A stretch of 47,753 bases of DNA, from NCBI GenBank assembly GCA_964470765.1, contig CAYYDV010000002.1:1-47753 (forward strand), written 5' to 3'. A program made the translations under genes and the position numbers. Each line of letters begins with the position of its first letter. Within the stretch, counting starts at the first letter, position 1. This document shows, one piece after another, positions 1 to 9,471 of this stretch. The notes under the pieces were generated by a model. It was not told the origin of the DNA, did no database searches, and was given only the letters and a program-made list of their open reading frames with translations. Source of the stretch: an uncultured Candidatus Saccharibacteria bacterium. GTDB taxonomy: Bacteria > Patescibacteriota > Minisyncoccia > Minisyncoccales > JAGGXC01.

Positions 1-997
1 CTTTCTTTGTAGCCGCTAAAGTCTCTTCTACTTTTTGAAGAGTAATTCTTTTTTTCAGATTATTTAATATTTCCTGGTCAGCAGATTCTACTCCATACAT
101 AACTTGATGACAACCCGCTTTTTTCATTTCCTGGAGAGTCTCAGAATCAACCGTATCCACCCTTGAAAAACAACACCAGGTTAAGTCAAGATTATTTTCT
201 AGAATAAGATTACAAAAATCTATCACATTTTTTCTATTCTTAGTAAAAGTATCATCGTAAAATGTTATATCTTTTATTCTATAATTCTTCTGAAGAAATA
301 TTATTTCTTCAACAATACTTTCATCTGACCTAAATCTTATTCTCTCTCCCAAAAAATTTCCTTTACAAAAAGTACACTTACCAGGACAACCTCTAGAAGT
401 AATCATTCCAGAAGAAGGTTTTCGCTTGTAAACACCAGAGGCAGGATAATACTTGTCCATGGGTAAAAGATCATAAGCCGGGAAAGGAAGACCATCAATA
501 TCGAGAATCATTGGCTGGGGCGGGTTTATAATAACTCTGCCATTTTTTTTGAAGCCAATCCCTTTAACTGCTTCGGGAGATTTATTAGAAAGCAACTCTA
601 AAAGAGTGTATTCTCCCTCCCCTATTACTGCATAATCCACCTCTTTGAAGCTTACTACTTCTTCCGGTCTAACGGATGGGTGAACTCCACCAATTATTAC
701 TTTTGTCTCTGGATAATTTTTTTTGACTATTTTAGCTACCTCAAGGGCATTATTAATAATGACGGTAGTAGCTGGAATCCCAATAAACCTAGGAGAAACA
801 TCTGGCAGGTATTCTTCAATTCTATCTAGCCCTATCTCTGAGGCATTACAATCTAAAATAGAAACTGAATAACCTTTCTCTCTTGCCAGAGCTGCTAAGA
901 GGGCTAATCCAAAGGGAGGAAGACAAGCAGAAACATTTTTCCAAATATTTCCCGATTCTCTATACAAAGGAGGGTTTATAAATAATACATCAATCAT
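1..997 (-). CDS. Cobalamin-binding-domain (class B type) radical SAM enzyme, partial; the C-terminus lies beyond the left window edge
   Basis: Absent from the ORF track because it has no stop inside the window. My translation from the ATG (complement of 995-997) reads MIDVLFINPPLYRESGNIWKNVSACLPPFGLALLAALAREKGYSVSILDCNA...VIIGGVHPS...MITSRGCPGKCTFCKG...YGVESADQEIL. It has an N-terminal B12-binding-type Rossmann region followed by a CxxxCxxC motif, and it is paralogous to 1638..3206, 6404..7837 and 36422..37816. Confidence 0.8.
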   Translation of the reverse strand, partial: MIDVLFINPPLYRESGNIWKNVSACLPPFGLALLAALAREKGYSVSILDCNASEIGLDRIEEYLPDVSPRFIGIPATTVIINNALEVAKIVKKNYPETKVIIGGVHPSVRPEEVVSFKEVDYAVIGEGEYTLLELLSNKSPEAVKGIGFKKNGRVIINPPQPMILDIDGLPFPAYDLLPMDKYYPASGVYKRKPSSGMITSRGCPGKCTFCKGNFLGERIRFRSDESIVEEIIFLQKNYRIKDITFYDDTFTKNRKNVIDFCNLILENNLDLTWCCFSRVDTVDSETLQEMKKAGCHQVMYGVESADQEILNNLKKRITLQKVEETLAATKK

Positions 998-1003
998 CAC
1001 TTT

Positions 1004-1564
1004 TTAAATAGAAATAGAAACTGTTTCAGTTGTTCTAATTTTTTTCCCAACCCAAACCTTAACTATTTCATAAGCTCCGAAAAAAACAGTTACATAAAAC
1101 AAATTTCCAAATATAGTATTTCTAAAAAAGGGCAAGGCCATTAGATAACACTGAATCAATCCAGAAAGAGTTTTTGCATACCAAGGAGTAAATATCCAAA
1201 CAGCAAAATTAGTTAAAAAGAAGAATATAAGGGCAGCTAAGAGAGAGCTTCCTAAGACTGTATACCATTTCTTATGTTTCTTTAGCCAAAAACCTAAAAC
1301 AACGCAAATTAAGAAACTTCCATAAACAATAATCATTAAGTTAACCTCGTAATAACCAATAAATATATCTGAAATTATTATTATTGCTAAAGGTAGGATA
1401 AAAGCTATCTTCTTGCGAAAGTAAACTCCCCCGAACAAAGCTATAGCTAGGATGGGAGAGAAATTAGGAGGATGAGGAAGAAACCTTAAACTAACTCCTA
1501 TTAAAATCAGAACTGAAGCAATTAAGAACTCTAAAATTTTGGTGTTTTTTGTTAGATTAGACAT
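1004..1564 (-). CDS. Small polytopic membrane protein (about 6 TM), possibly a DUF6580 / solitary S-component-like vitamin transporter
   Basis: 186-aa ORF that is hydrophobic throughout. It carries the motif LRFLPHPPNFSPILAIALFGG, which I associate with DUF6580-type putative transport proteins. The family assignment is from memory and is not verified. Confidence 0.55.
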   Translation of the reverse strand: MSNLTKNTKILEFLIASVLILIGVSLRFLPHPPNFSPILAIALFGGVYFRKKIAFILPLAIIIISDIFIGYYEVNLMIIVYGSFLICVVLGFWLKKHKKWYTVLGSSLLAALIFFFLTNFAVWIFTPWYAKTLSGLIQCYLMALPFFRNTIFGNLFYVTVFFGAYEIVKVWVGKKIRTTETVSISI

Positions 1565-1637
1565 ATGTTTTTTATTAACTTATATTATATTTTTATTTTT
1601 AGATGAATAATGTAGATTTTTTTACTAATTGCAGGGG

Positions 1638-3206
1638 TCACCTTTGATTATATATATTTTCTAAAATCTTTGTATATTCCTCCAATTTCCCATTATCGTT
1701 CCATATACCATCATTGGCCAATACGCAAAGTTCATATATTTTGAATGATTCATTTGTTAATTCTTTTCCGATTCTATCATTTTTCTCTGAGCGTTGAATG
1801 TATTTATAAAAACTGTAGGGCATTTTCACATATAGCACAAATCTATCAAAAAGAGCCATCAATTCTTCTTTGGAAATATTAGGAAAAGTTAAAGTCGGCT
1901 CACCTTGTTGGAATACGGCCGTAGAATCTTTGTCAAAAAATCCATTTTTTATAGCAATTTCTCTCAGTTCGGTTTTCTCAAGGGGAAAGAAAAAACCAAG
2001 ATTTGGATAGCGTACTTCGGCTTTTCTGTTTAGCTCAATGGTTTCCATTATGGTTTCTCTATTTTCAAAAGGAAGCCCCAGCATGTTAAAAGAAGAAGTG
2101 CGAATACCTGCTTTATTAAACATCTTAGTTGCTGCTATAATTTCTTCTTCAGCTTCGATTCTTTTAAGCATTCTCTTTCTCATTTTATGATTACCCGTTT
2201 CAATGCCCAGGCTTACGCTTACGCAGTTCATTTTCTTCAAAAGGTCTATTTTTTCTTCATTTACGTTTCTGGCATTGGCCATTATAGTAAATGGGATTCC
2301 TACTTCTTGTTGATATCTTTCAGCTAAATTACGGAAATAATCCATAGGTTTGAGACAAAAATCTTCATCATGAAATTTAAAGAAATTTATATTCCATCTA
2401 TCTACTAAACATTTTAATTCTTTTATGATTCTATCCACACTATAACCTCTTAAGAATGGTCCAGCTTTTGGCCCATAAAGCTTACGATAAGAAGCATTGA
2501 TACAATAAGTGCATTGGTTAGGGCAACCCCAATACAACATATGGTCGCCTCCTGTATAAATTTTTCCATCAAAAGGTTTAAGGAATTGACGCTTGTCAAA
2601 AATCGACCAATCTAAAAATGGTAAAGAATCCAAATCTTGATAATAAGGCCTCAGTTCATTTTTTTGAATACTTCCATTCTTGTTTCTCCAAGCGATATTT
2701 TTAATTTTTTTAGGGTCTTTATTCTGGGAAACATATTCTACAAATTCAGACATAAACTCTATGGCTTCACCAATACAGACAAAATCTATATCTTGACAGT
2801 TCAAGACCTTCTCAGGAACCATTGTTGCAATTTTATTTCCCCAAATAACTATAATTTTTTTATTCCACTCCTTAGCAATTTTAGAAGCTTCAAAACCAAT
2901 ATATGTTTCATCCGATAAAGCAGATACTCCTAATATATCAGGTTGAAATTCTTCTAATTTTCTAATAAGTTCTTGCTTAAAATCTATCTTTTTCTTAGCT
3001 ACATCAAATTTGCTAAAATCAACTTCTTTAAAGATTTTAACTTTGGCACGAACTTCGGTAGCATCTTTAAAGCCGAAATCTATAGAAGTTGTATCAAATA
3101 AATCAACGCTATGTCCTTCTCTTTTTAAGATGGCAGATAATAAAGACAAACTTATTGGTTTAAAACCAAATTGGTCTTTATTTGGCCATACAAATAAAAT
3201 TTTCAT
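1638..3206 (-). CDS. B12-binding-domain radical SAM enzyme
   Basis: 522 aa. The N-terminus MKILFVWPNKD...ISLSLLSAILKREGHSVDLFD is the B12-binding-like domain. It has the CxxxCxxC motif in YWGCPNQCTYCINASY and the downstream segment SLGIETGNHKMRKRMLKR typical of the radical SAM core. Confidence 0.85.
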   Translation of the reverse strand: MKILFVWPNKDQFGFKPISLSLLSAILKREGHSVDLFDTTSIDFGFKDATEVRAKVKIFKEVDFSKFDVAKKKIDFKQELIRKLEEFQPDILGVSALSDETYIGFEASKIAKEWNKKIIVIWGNKIATMVPEKVLNCQDIDFVCIGEAIEFMSEFVEYVSQNKDPKKIKNIAWRNKNGSIQKNELRPYYQDLDSLPFLDWSIFDKRQFLKPFDGKIYTGGDHMLYWGCPNQCTYCINASYRKLYGPKAGPFLRGYSVDRIIKELKCLVDRWNINFFKFHDEDFCLKPMDYFRNLAERYQQEVGIPFTIMANARNVNEEKIDLLKKMNCVSVSLGIETGNHKMRKRMLKRIEAEEEIIAATKMFNKAGIRTSSFNMLGLPFENRETIMETIELNRKAEVRYPNLGFFFPLEKTELREIAIKNGFFDKDSTAVFQQGEPTLTFPNISKEELMALFDRFVLYVKMPYSFYKYIQRSEKNDRIGKELTNESFKIYELCVLANDGIWNDNGKLEEYTKILENIYNQR

Positions 3207-3213
3207 TTTATTT

Positions 3214-3651
3214 TTAAAAAGGTGATTTTTCGAACTTAAATTCTATTTTATCACCTGGATTTATTTCTTGTTTATCAGCGGCGACCATAGATATTTCTCC
3301 ATTAACATAATACATCCAATATTTTTCATCCTGACCATTTTCTTTATTTCCAATAACCTCGATAAAGATTCCAATATCATAACTTTTTGTTTTCAAAGCT
3401 AAATTTAATTCTAATGCCCCTTTCTTTAATAAATCAAAAGCGGTCATTCCTTCTTTAAATTCAGCTTCGAAGGCCTTAGGTGGTTCTTCGCCTTCATCAA
3501 TAACTAAAACTACTTCTTGTTTAATCTCCTTTTGAGGAATTCTAATTTCTTCTTGGAAGACAGGTTGGCTAATCTTCTCAGAAAATATCAACCAAGCACT
3601 ACTGATGATTACTCCTATACCAATTATTATAAAAATAGTTGTTTTTTTCAT
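3214..3651 (-). CDS. Exported or membrane-anchored DUF4430 (transcobalamin-like C-terminal domain) protein
   Basis: 145 aa with an N-terminal signal/anchor, MKKTTIFIIIGIGVIISSAWL. The C-terminal segment GMTAFDLLKK...IFIEVIGNKENGQDEKYWMYYVNGEISMVAADKQEINPGDKIEFKF matches the DUF4430 pattern as I remember it (W-x-Y-x-V-N-G ... GD-x-I-x-F). Confidence 0.65.
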   Translation of the reverse strand: MKKTTIFIIIGIGVIISSAWLIFSEKISQPVFQEEIRIPQKEIKQEVVLVIDEGEEPPKAFEAEFKEGMTAFDLLKKGALELNLALKTKSYDIGIFIEVIGNKENGQDEKYWMYYVNGEISMVAADKQEINPGDKIEFKFEKSPF

Positions 3652-3735
3652 ATTAATTTAATTATTGAAGGTTGCTGTTATAAATAAAAATTGGAGCCTA
3701 ATATTCGCCACTTCTCACCCTGCTTAGAACCATTC

Positions 3736-4305
3736 TCAGTATCCCACGTAAGTTAACAAATTTAAAGAGATTAAATATTCTTGACGGCCTAAAATAAAAT
3801 TTAAAGCAAGCTCTTGAGTACCATTTTTTAGGTCAGCATTAGTAAGATTGTTAACAGAAAGCACAGAACAATCCTGTTTTGAATAACTATCCCATTCACC
3901 ACTATGGATCTTCAAACCATATTCTCCCCGTTTTGCCATTTCCAATATCTCTGTCCCCGGAAACGGTGTCATCATACCTATCGTTACAAAATCAGGATTT
4001 ATTTTCATCATAAGGTTTATGGAGTCATTTATTGTTTCAACTGTTTCCTCAGGGTGGCCAAAAATAAGGTTCATATATGTCCTCAGCCCTATTTTTTTTG
4101 ACCACTCAAAGGTATCAACAACTTGCTTAACTGTTATCCCCTTCTTTGAGTTTTTGAGTATCGTGTCATTTCCTGATTCCACGCCATAATTCACCATTAC
4201 ACAACCAACTTCTTTCATTTTCTTTAACATTTCGAAGTCAACATCGTCAACCCTTGTTTCACAATGCCATTCTATTTCTTTATTTATCCCCCTCTGTCGA
4301 ATATT
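3736..4305 (-). pseudogene. Remnant: C-terminal half of a B12-type radical SAM paralogue; the B12 domain and CxxxCxxC motif are missing
   Basis: The frame is open from 4305 (a stop codon lies at 4306-4308) and reads NIRQRGINKEIEWHCETRVDDVDFEMLKKMKEVGCVMVNYGVESGNDTILKNSKKGITVKQV... This aligns with the ...CFSRVDTVDSETLQEMKKAGCHQVMYGVESADQEIL part of the gene at 1..997. The upstream neighbour ends at 4343, so there is no room for the roughly 250 missing N-terminal residues. Confidence 0.7.
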
Positions 4306-4342
4306 TTAAAATTAAGGATTTAGCTTTTATGATATTTTATTG

Positions 4343-5626
4343 TTACCAAAAAAAGCCACCTTCATAAGAGAAGATTTTGAAGACGTTAACACTTGAAATA
4401 ATTATTAAAAATACAAAAACCACTAAGTAAAAAACTGGAGAATACCAACTTTTGTATTTCTTCAGAAATCTAGCTACTCTATCTATTCCTAAAATGGTTA
4501 GAGGATAGATAACTGGAAATAACAAAAAAGCATGACGAGGAGAATAATAATTCATTATAAAAAATAAAGTAAAGAAGGAGAAAATTAAACCGAAACAAAA
4601 AAGTCTTTTTCTTTTAAAAGAAAGATCTCTAAAGCCGATGAGAGCGAAGAGGACAGGCACTAATAAAAATCCGTAGATGATAACATTAGTAAATTTAGGC
4701 AAGGCTTCAAGAAAAACTTCAGCTGTTTTAAACCAAGGCCAATAAAAAATCTTAAACATCCAAACACCCATATCAAAATCTATCACTTCAGTGGAAAAAT
4801 AACCAATCTTAAAAACTTTAGTTACCCATAAATACCATAGAGCCCGAGGAATTAAATGAATTATCAGAAATAAAACCCCTTCTTTATAACGTTTGAAGTA
4901 AATAGCTAATATTAAAATAAAAATTGGTATAGCAAAAATCATTTTCCCCAAAATTAAGATACCAATAATTAATGAAAAAATAATTAATTTTTTAATAGAA
5001 GGATGAGTTATATAGTTATAAAGCAAATAAAGATTGAAAATCACCATAAAAGCACCGAAGATATTAGTTTCGGGCTGAATTAACCAAATATGGGCAAAAG
5101 GAGAAAAGATCAATAAAACAGAAGAAAGAAAAGCTACCCGCCAAGATATTATTTTCTTCACCAATGAATAGAAAAAAAATACTGTAAGAAAAAATAGAAT
5201 AAAATTAAGGAAAATACCGGCAAGAAAAGTTAAAGCATAAGAAGAACCACCAATTAAATGTATTGGCCGAGAAATTAAATATACCAAAAAAGGATAGAGG
5301 GGACGGTTTAAATTGGCAAGGTGTCCCCTAAAATAATGCTGAGGGAAATCATGAGCCAATAACATATAACCTCCGCAATCAGAATTAATATGATAATCAG
5401 ATAAAAATGGGTAAATTTTTCCTGCTATTAAATTGTCAAGGGAATCAAATGAATAATCCTTATGAAAACTTAATTCTTCAATGGTTTTCCAATAGTCATT
5501 TGAAATATTATAAGCAGGAAATAAAAAACTGTAGAATAATTGACACAATATTAAAAAGAATAGAATAAGAAAAACTTTTTTCTTATTTTGAAGCAAACTT
5601 TCAATTTTGGTTAACGTATGGTTCAT
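4343..5626 (-). CDS. Polytopic membrane protein, probable GT-C fold glycosyltransferase (ArnT/PMT-like)
   Basis: 427 aa with 10 or more hydrophobic spans and a loop with acidic residues after TM1 (HKDYSFDSLDN). It carries RPLYPFLVYLISRP, which resembles the ArnT/PMT_2 family, and it lies three genes downstream of a polyprenyl-phosphate GT2 in the same co-directional array (a B12 radical SAM gene and a methyltransferase gene sit between). Confidence 0.5.
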   Translation of the reverse strand: MNHTLTKIESLLQNKKKVFLILFFLILCQLFYSFLFPAYNISNDYWKTIEELSFHKDYSFDSLDNLIAGKIYPFLSDYHINSDCGGYMLLAHDFPQHYFRGHLANLNRPLYPFLVYLISRPIHLIGGSSYALTFLAGIFLNFILFFLTVFFFYSLVKKIISWRVAFLSSVLLIFSPFAHIWLIQPETNIFGAFMVIFNLYLLYNYITHPSIKKLIIFSLIIGILILGKMIFAIPIFILILAIYFKRYKEGVLFLIIHLIPRALWYLWVTKVFKIGYFSTEVIDFDMGVWMFKIFYWPWFKTAEVFLEALPKFTNVIIYGFLLVPVLFALIGFRDLSFKRKRLFCFGLIFSFFTLFFIMNYYSPRHAFLLFPVIYPLTILGIDRVARFLKKYKSWYSPVFYLVVFVFLIIISSVNVFKIFSYEGGFFW

Positions 5627-5633
5627 AATAATA

Positions 5634-6380
5634 TTATTTAGATGGTTTTTGAGCCGAAATTAATAAAGAACCAGCCAATTCTTTTATTAAGGGAATTTTC
5701 TCTAATAAATAATTAATACCCTTTGCTGGAGGAACAAAAAATTTCGGCAGAAAAGGATGGAGAAAATCAAAGGGTATTACGTTAATATTCTCAAAGTTAT
5801 TTTTCTCTAAAAGGCAGCGTATCTGCCAGCGAAAAAAAGCTGTCTCGTCCGGAGAATCACCAAGTATTTTTTTAATAAAGGTTATATTTTTTTGTATAAG
5901 AATTTGGGGGTTCAACATGTTTGGTTCGCTGAAAATCATAATTCCTTTTGGCTTTAACACACGATAAATATTCTTCAGGGCTAACTCTATATCTAAATGA
6001 TGTAAAATAGATATTCCACAGACTACATCAAAGTAATTATTAGAAAAATTTTCTAAGCTTTCTCCTCGGGCACACTGAAATTGAACATTAGAAAAAGAAG
6101 CTTTTTTTCTAGCTATATCCAAGAATTCTTTAAAAATATCAGTAGCAATAATTTTTGATTTTGAACGACTTAAATAATAAGTAAATTCACCCGTCCCGCA
6201 ACCTATTTCAAGAACTTTTTTATTTTCGTCTAAACTGGCTTTTTTGATAATAAGACTTGCCCTTCTCTTTACTCTCATTTTACCAACTAATCCTTCCCTC
6301 CCCCAAATTTTATCGGCCTGATTCAATATCTCTTTATCGTGTTGAATTTCTCTAATTTGACGCAACGTTAAATTAGCCAT
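5634..6380 (-). CDS. Class I SAM-dependent methyltransferase
   Basis: 248 aa with SAM-binding motif I (KVLEIGCGTGEFT) and the Methyltransf_11-like ISILHHL...VLKPKGIMIFSEP. Confidence 0.85.
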   Translation of the reverse strand: MANLTLRQIREIQHDKEILNQADKIWGREGLVGKMRVKRRASLIIKKASLDENKKVLEIGCGTGEFTYYLSRSKSKIIATDIFKEFLDIARKKASFSNVQFQCARGESLENFSNNYFDVVCGISILHHLDIELALKNIYRVLKPKGIMIFSEPNMLNPQILIQKNITFIKKILGDSPDETAFFRWQIRCLLEKNNFENINVIPFDFLHPFLPKFFVPPAKGINYLLEKIPLIKELAGSLLISAQKPSK

Positions 6381-6403
6381 GTTTAACTTTGGGTAAGTAA
6401 AAA

Positions 6404-7837
6404 CTATTTTCTAAAAAAAGTAAAAATAAATTTAAAACCAATGATTAAAATATTAAAAAGCTGGGTAGGAGTTTTTGCTATTTTTATAATTTTCCAAATG
6501 ATTTGAGGACGAAAATAAAATTTCTTATAAGCCAAAGAGATGTATTCTTTTACAATTTGTGATGTGAGCCACGGTGTCGATAAATTTGGTATTTCTTGAT
6601 TAATATCTTGCCAACTTTTACTAACTATCCATCTTTTTTCTGTGGCTTCCCTGTACAATTGAGACCCAGGGAAAGGAGTAGCAGCATAAAAATGAGCAAA
6701 AGTAAGAGGTAGAGAAAGAGCAAAATTAATAGTTTCTTTTAAAGTTTCTTCCGTTTCACCCGGGTAACCTAAAATAAAATGTCCATCTACAACTATTCCC
6801 GCTTTTGCCGCTTCTTTAACTATTCTTCTTCCTTCTTCAATGGAAGCAAGAGGTCCCTTATCGGCAAGTTTTAAGATTGAATTAGAACCAAATTCTAGAC
6901 CAAAGGCAATTTGCCAACAGCCGGCTTCTTTAAGTTCTTTAAATAAAGAGGGGTCAATTCTACTAGGTCGACTATTACTGACCCATCTAATTTTTTTATG
7001 CAATTCTTTTTTCTTTATTAAATTCAAAATGCTTCTTAAATATCTACTATCCATTGTTACAAACTCTGTCCAAAAAAGAAAATCTTTGATCCCATAATCT
7101 CTTATATTCATTTCTATTTCTTCGATTATTTTCTGGGGACTTCTTTTTCTCATTTTTTTTCCATAGTAAACAGAAGCGTTACAAAATTTACAATTAAAAG
7201 GACATCCTCTAGCGAAAGAAATCAAATTAAATGGTTTATTTAAAATCGGTAATTTATAATTATTAAAATCAACTCCTTTCCAGTGGGAAAATTCTAATTT
7301 ATCTAAATCCATCAGAAATTCCCTATTGGGATTTAAAATAATTTTTTTGCCCTCTCTGAAAGTCAAGCCTGGAATATCTCTAAAGTCATATTTATTTTTA
7401 AAAAAATTAGTTAAATCTTTAGCGGTAAGTTCTGGTTCGGCTCTAATAATAAAATCTAAAGAAGGAAATTCTTGAAGAGTCTCTTTAGACAGCTCGGTAA
7501 CGTGAATTCCGATGGCGGCTACCTTGATAGAAGGTTTTAATTCTTTAATTTTTGGCAAAAACCAACCCAAATCAGTAGCAATGGTTGGAGTGGTAGTAGA
7601 AATAAATATTAAATTGGGATTATAATTTTTTATTTTCTCAAGAGTCTGTCCTAAATCTAATGCCGCTGGACCACTATCAATAATAAGAGTATCAGCTATG
7701 GACTTTATCTGGCCTGCAATTAAAGCTAAACTTAAAGGCGGAAAAGGTGCACCCCAGATATCCCACTGTTGACAACGTCCTTCTCTTACCCATCTTTTTT
7801 TATCGGGAACAGGAGGATTAATAAGTAAAACCTTCAT
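6404..7837 (-). CDS. B12-binding-domain radical SAM enzyme
   Basis: 477 aa. The N-terminus is MKVLLINPP...PLSLALIAG. It has CxxxCxxC in FARGCPFNCKFCNASVYYG, followed by AFGLEFGSNSIL. Confidence 0.85.
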   Translation of the reverse strand: MKVLLINPPVPDKKRWVREGRCQQWDIWGAPFPPLSLALIAGQIKSIADTLIIDSGPAALDLGQTLEKIKNYNPNLIFISTTTPTIATDLGWFLPKIKELKPSIKVAAIGIHVTELSKETLQEFPSLDFIIRAEPELTAKDLTNFFKNKYDFRDIPGLTFREGKKIILNPNREFLMDLDKLEFSHWKGVDFNNYKLPILNKPFNLISFARGCPFNCKFCNASVYYGKKMRKRSPQKIIEEIEMNIRDYGIKDFLFWTEFVTMDSRYLRSILNLIKKKELHKKIRWVSNSRPSRIDPSLFKELKEAGCWQIAFGLEFGSNSILKLADKGPLASIEEGRRIVKEAAKAGIVVDGHFILGYPGETEETLKETINFALSLPLTFAHFYAATPFPGSQLYREATEKRWIVSKSWQDINQEIPNLSTPWLTSQIVKEYISLAYKKFYFRPQIIWKIIKIAKTPTQLFNILIIGFKFIFTFFRK

Positions 7838-7839
7838 AA

Positions 7840-8523
7840 TTAACCAAAAAATAAATATTTTATAAAACTATAAATATAACGAAAGGCAACTTTTCTTAAT
7901 TTAATGACTGACTCGCCGTATTCTCGCTTATACTCATGGGTGGAAACCTCCACCACTTTATACCCCTTCTTTAAAGTTTTAATCAGCATTTCTTGTTCAA
8001 TGGTTGTAATATTTTCTTTAAGATTTAATTTTCTAGCAATCTCGGTCTTAATGACCCTAAAACCATTTTGCGAATCAGTCAATTTCACTCCAAAACGATA
8101 ATTTATTCCTAATGTTATAATATCGCAGGCAACCATTCTTAAAAACTTATTAAGATCTCCGTGCAATTCATCACTCCCTCCTCTTCCCCGAGAACCAATC
8201 ACATAATCTGCTTTCTCTTTTATAATGGGTTTAATTAATTTGGGAATATCATTTGGATCATGAGATCCATCAGCATCTATAAAAACAATTATATCTCCTT
8301 TGACTCTTTTTATACCGCATCGCAAAGCATCACCCTTTCCTTTTCCATTATCTAAAATCACTCTGGCGCCCAAACTCTGAGCAATTTCTTTAGTTTTGTC
8401 TTGTGAATGACCATCCACTACTAATATTTCGTTTCCATAAGATTTACATTTGTTAATAATTTCCCCTATTGTTTTTTCCTCATTTCTTGCTGGAATAATA
8501 ATAGAGATAAAATTTTTTTCCAT
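7840..8523 (-). CDS. GT2 glycosyltransferase, polyprenyl-phosphate sugar synthase type (DPM1/ArnC/GtrB-like)
   Basis: Motifs ISIIIPARNEEKTIGEII, VVDGHSQDKT and FIDADGSHDP. The track start at 8535 is a TTG; the ATG at 8523 (MEKNF...) lies 5 nt after the fcl stop and is the more likely start. Confidence 0.8.
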   Translation of the reverse strand: MEKNFISIIIPARNEEKTIGEIINKCKSYGNEILVVDGHSQDKTKEIAQSLGARVILDNGKGKGDALRCGIKRVKGDIIVFIDADGSHDPNDIPKLIKPIIKEKADYVIGSRGRGGSDELHGDLNKFLRMVACDIITLGINYRFGVKLTDSQNGFRVIKTEIARKLNLKENITTIEQEMLIKTLKKGYKVVEVSTHEYKREYGESVIKLRKVAFRYIYSFIKYLFFG

Positions 8524-8528
8524 ATTAA

Positions 8529-9470
8529 TTAACAACTAAAACTACAATACCATTGGATAGTTTTCTTAAGACCTTCTTCAAATGAAGTAGATGCCCTAAA
8601 TCCAAATTCTTTTTCAGCTTTGAGAGTATCGAGACGACGCCGGGGCTGGCCATCGGGTTTGGAAGTATCCCAACGAATTTCTCCTTTAAAATTCATCAGT
8701 TTACAAATTAACTGAACCAAATCTTTTATTGAAATCTCCATTCCCGAGCCCAAATTTACCGGTTCTGATTTATCATATTTCTCAGTAGCCAAAATTATTC
8801 CCTCGGCCCCATCTTTTACATAAAGAAACTCTCGGGTTGCTTTACCTGTCCCCCAAGCCTCAATATAATTTCTTCCTTCTTCCTTTGCCTCATAAACTTT
8901 TCTAATAATGGCGGCAATAACATGGGAGGATTTGGGATCAAAATTATCCTCAGGACCGTACATATTGACCGGCAAAAGATAAATAGCATTAAACCCATAT
9001 TGCTGCCGATAGGCTTGAGCTTGAACTGAAAGCATTTTCTTGGCTAAACCATAGGGGGCATTAGTTTCTTCGGGATAACCGTTCCAGAGATCTTCTTCCT
9101 TAAAGGGAAGAGGGGTAAATTTGGGATAGCTACAAATTGTCCCAATAGCTACAAACTTCTCTACCCCGGCAAGTCGGGCTGCCTCTATTAATTGAATACC
9201 CATGATTGCGTTATCGTAAAACATTTCTCCGGGAATCTCTCGATTCAAGCCAATCCCCCCAACTTTAGCTGCTAAATGAATAACTAAATCTTGGTTTTTA
9301 ACTGCTTTCTGGCAATTCTCCCATTTCTTTAAATCTAATTCTTTAGCCCTTGGCAAAAATAAATTTTGTTCAGGAACCTTTCTTTTTTCTAATAAATTCT
9401 TAACCAAATGCTTTCCCACAAAACCATGGGCACCAGTTATTAAAATTTTCTTTTCTTTAAGATTAATCAT
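8529..9470 (-). CDS. fcl: GDP-L-fucose synthase (GDP-4-keto-6-deoxymannose 3,5-epimerase/4-reductase)
   Basis: 313 aa with [14 protein letters not shown] (NAD(P) binding), [10 protein letters not shown] (YxxxK) and [25 protein letters not shown]. It sits immediately downstream of gmd. Confidence 0.85.
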   Translation of the reverse strand: MINLKEKKILITGAHGFVGKHLVKNLLEKRKVPEQNLFLPRAKELDLKKWENCQKAVKNQDLVIHLAAKVGGIGLNREIPGEMFYDNAIMGIQLIEAARLAGVEKFVAIGTICSYPKFTPLPFKEEDLWNGYPEETNAPYGLAKKMLSVQAQAYRQQYGFNAIYLLPVNMYGPEDNFDPKSSHVIAAIIRKVYEAKEEGRNYIEAWGTGKATREFLYVKDGAEGIILATEKYDKSEPVNLGSGMEISIKDLVQLICKLMNFKGEIRWDTSKPDGQPRRRLDTLKAEKEFGFRASTSFEEGLKKTIQWYCSFSC

Positions 9471-9471
9471 A

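Noticed and set aside
2637-3225. Plus-strand ORFs 2637..2918 and 3010..3225. The same reasoning covers 3904..4101, 6840..7097, 7904..8101, 11150..11344, 11986..12285, 12276..12485, 14727..14912, 17516..17704, 18819..19070, 19141..19326 and 21203..21397. It also covers 21643..21825, 26827..27015, 30390..30755, 31057..31269, 36810..37034, 37506..37712, 41756..41956, 44202..44516, 45158..45613, 46196..46513, 46941..47270 and 47360..47545.
   Set aside because: All lie antisense inside longer minus-strand ORFs that have clear family motifs. Their translations are low-complexity with no recognisable motifs. Such shadow ORFs are expected in AT-rich or compositionally biased DNA.
3652-3735. Cobalamin riboswitch upstream of the DUF4430 gene
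   Set aside because: The gap is only 84 nt, whereas riboswitches of this class are about 200 nt. On the transcribed strand I could not find the conserved B12-box core (GCCACUG-type) or the expected helices. The gccact on the plus strand is in the wrong orientation.
8816-8998. Same-strand nested ORFs in alternative frames (8816..8998, 9927..10118, 33965..34246, 16045..16398, 27562..27768, 27823..28035)
   Set aside because: They are embedded within, or antisense to, well-supported genes (fcl, gmd, the class-III aminotransferase, the DMT transporter, the HD protein) and have no motifs of their own.
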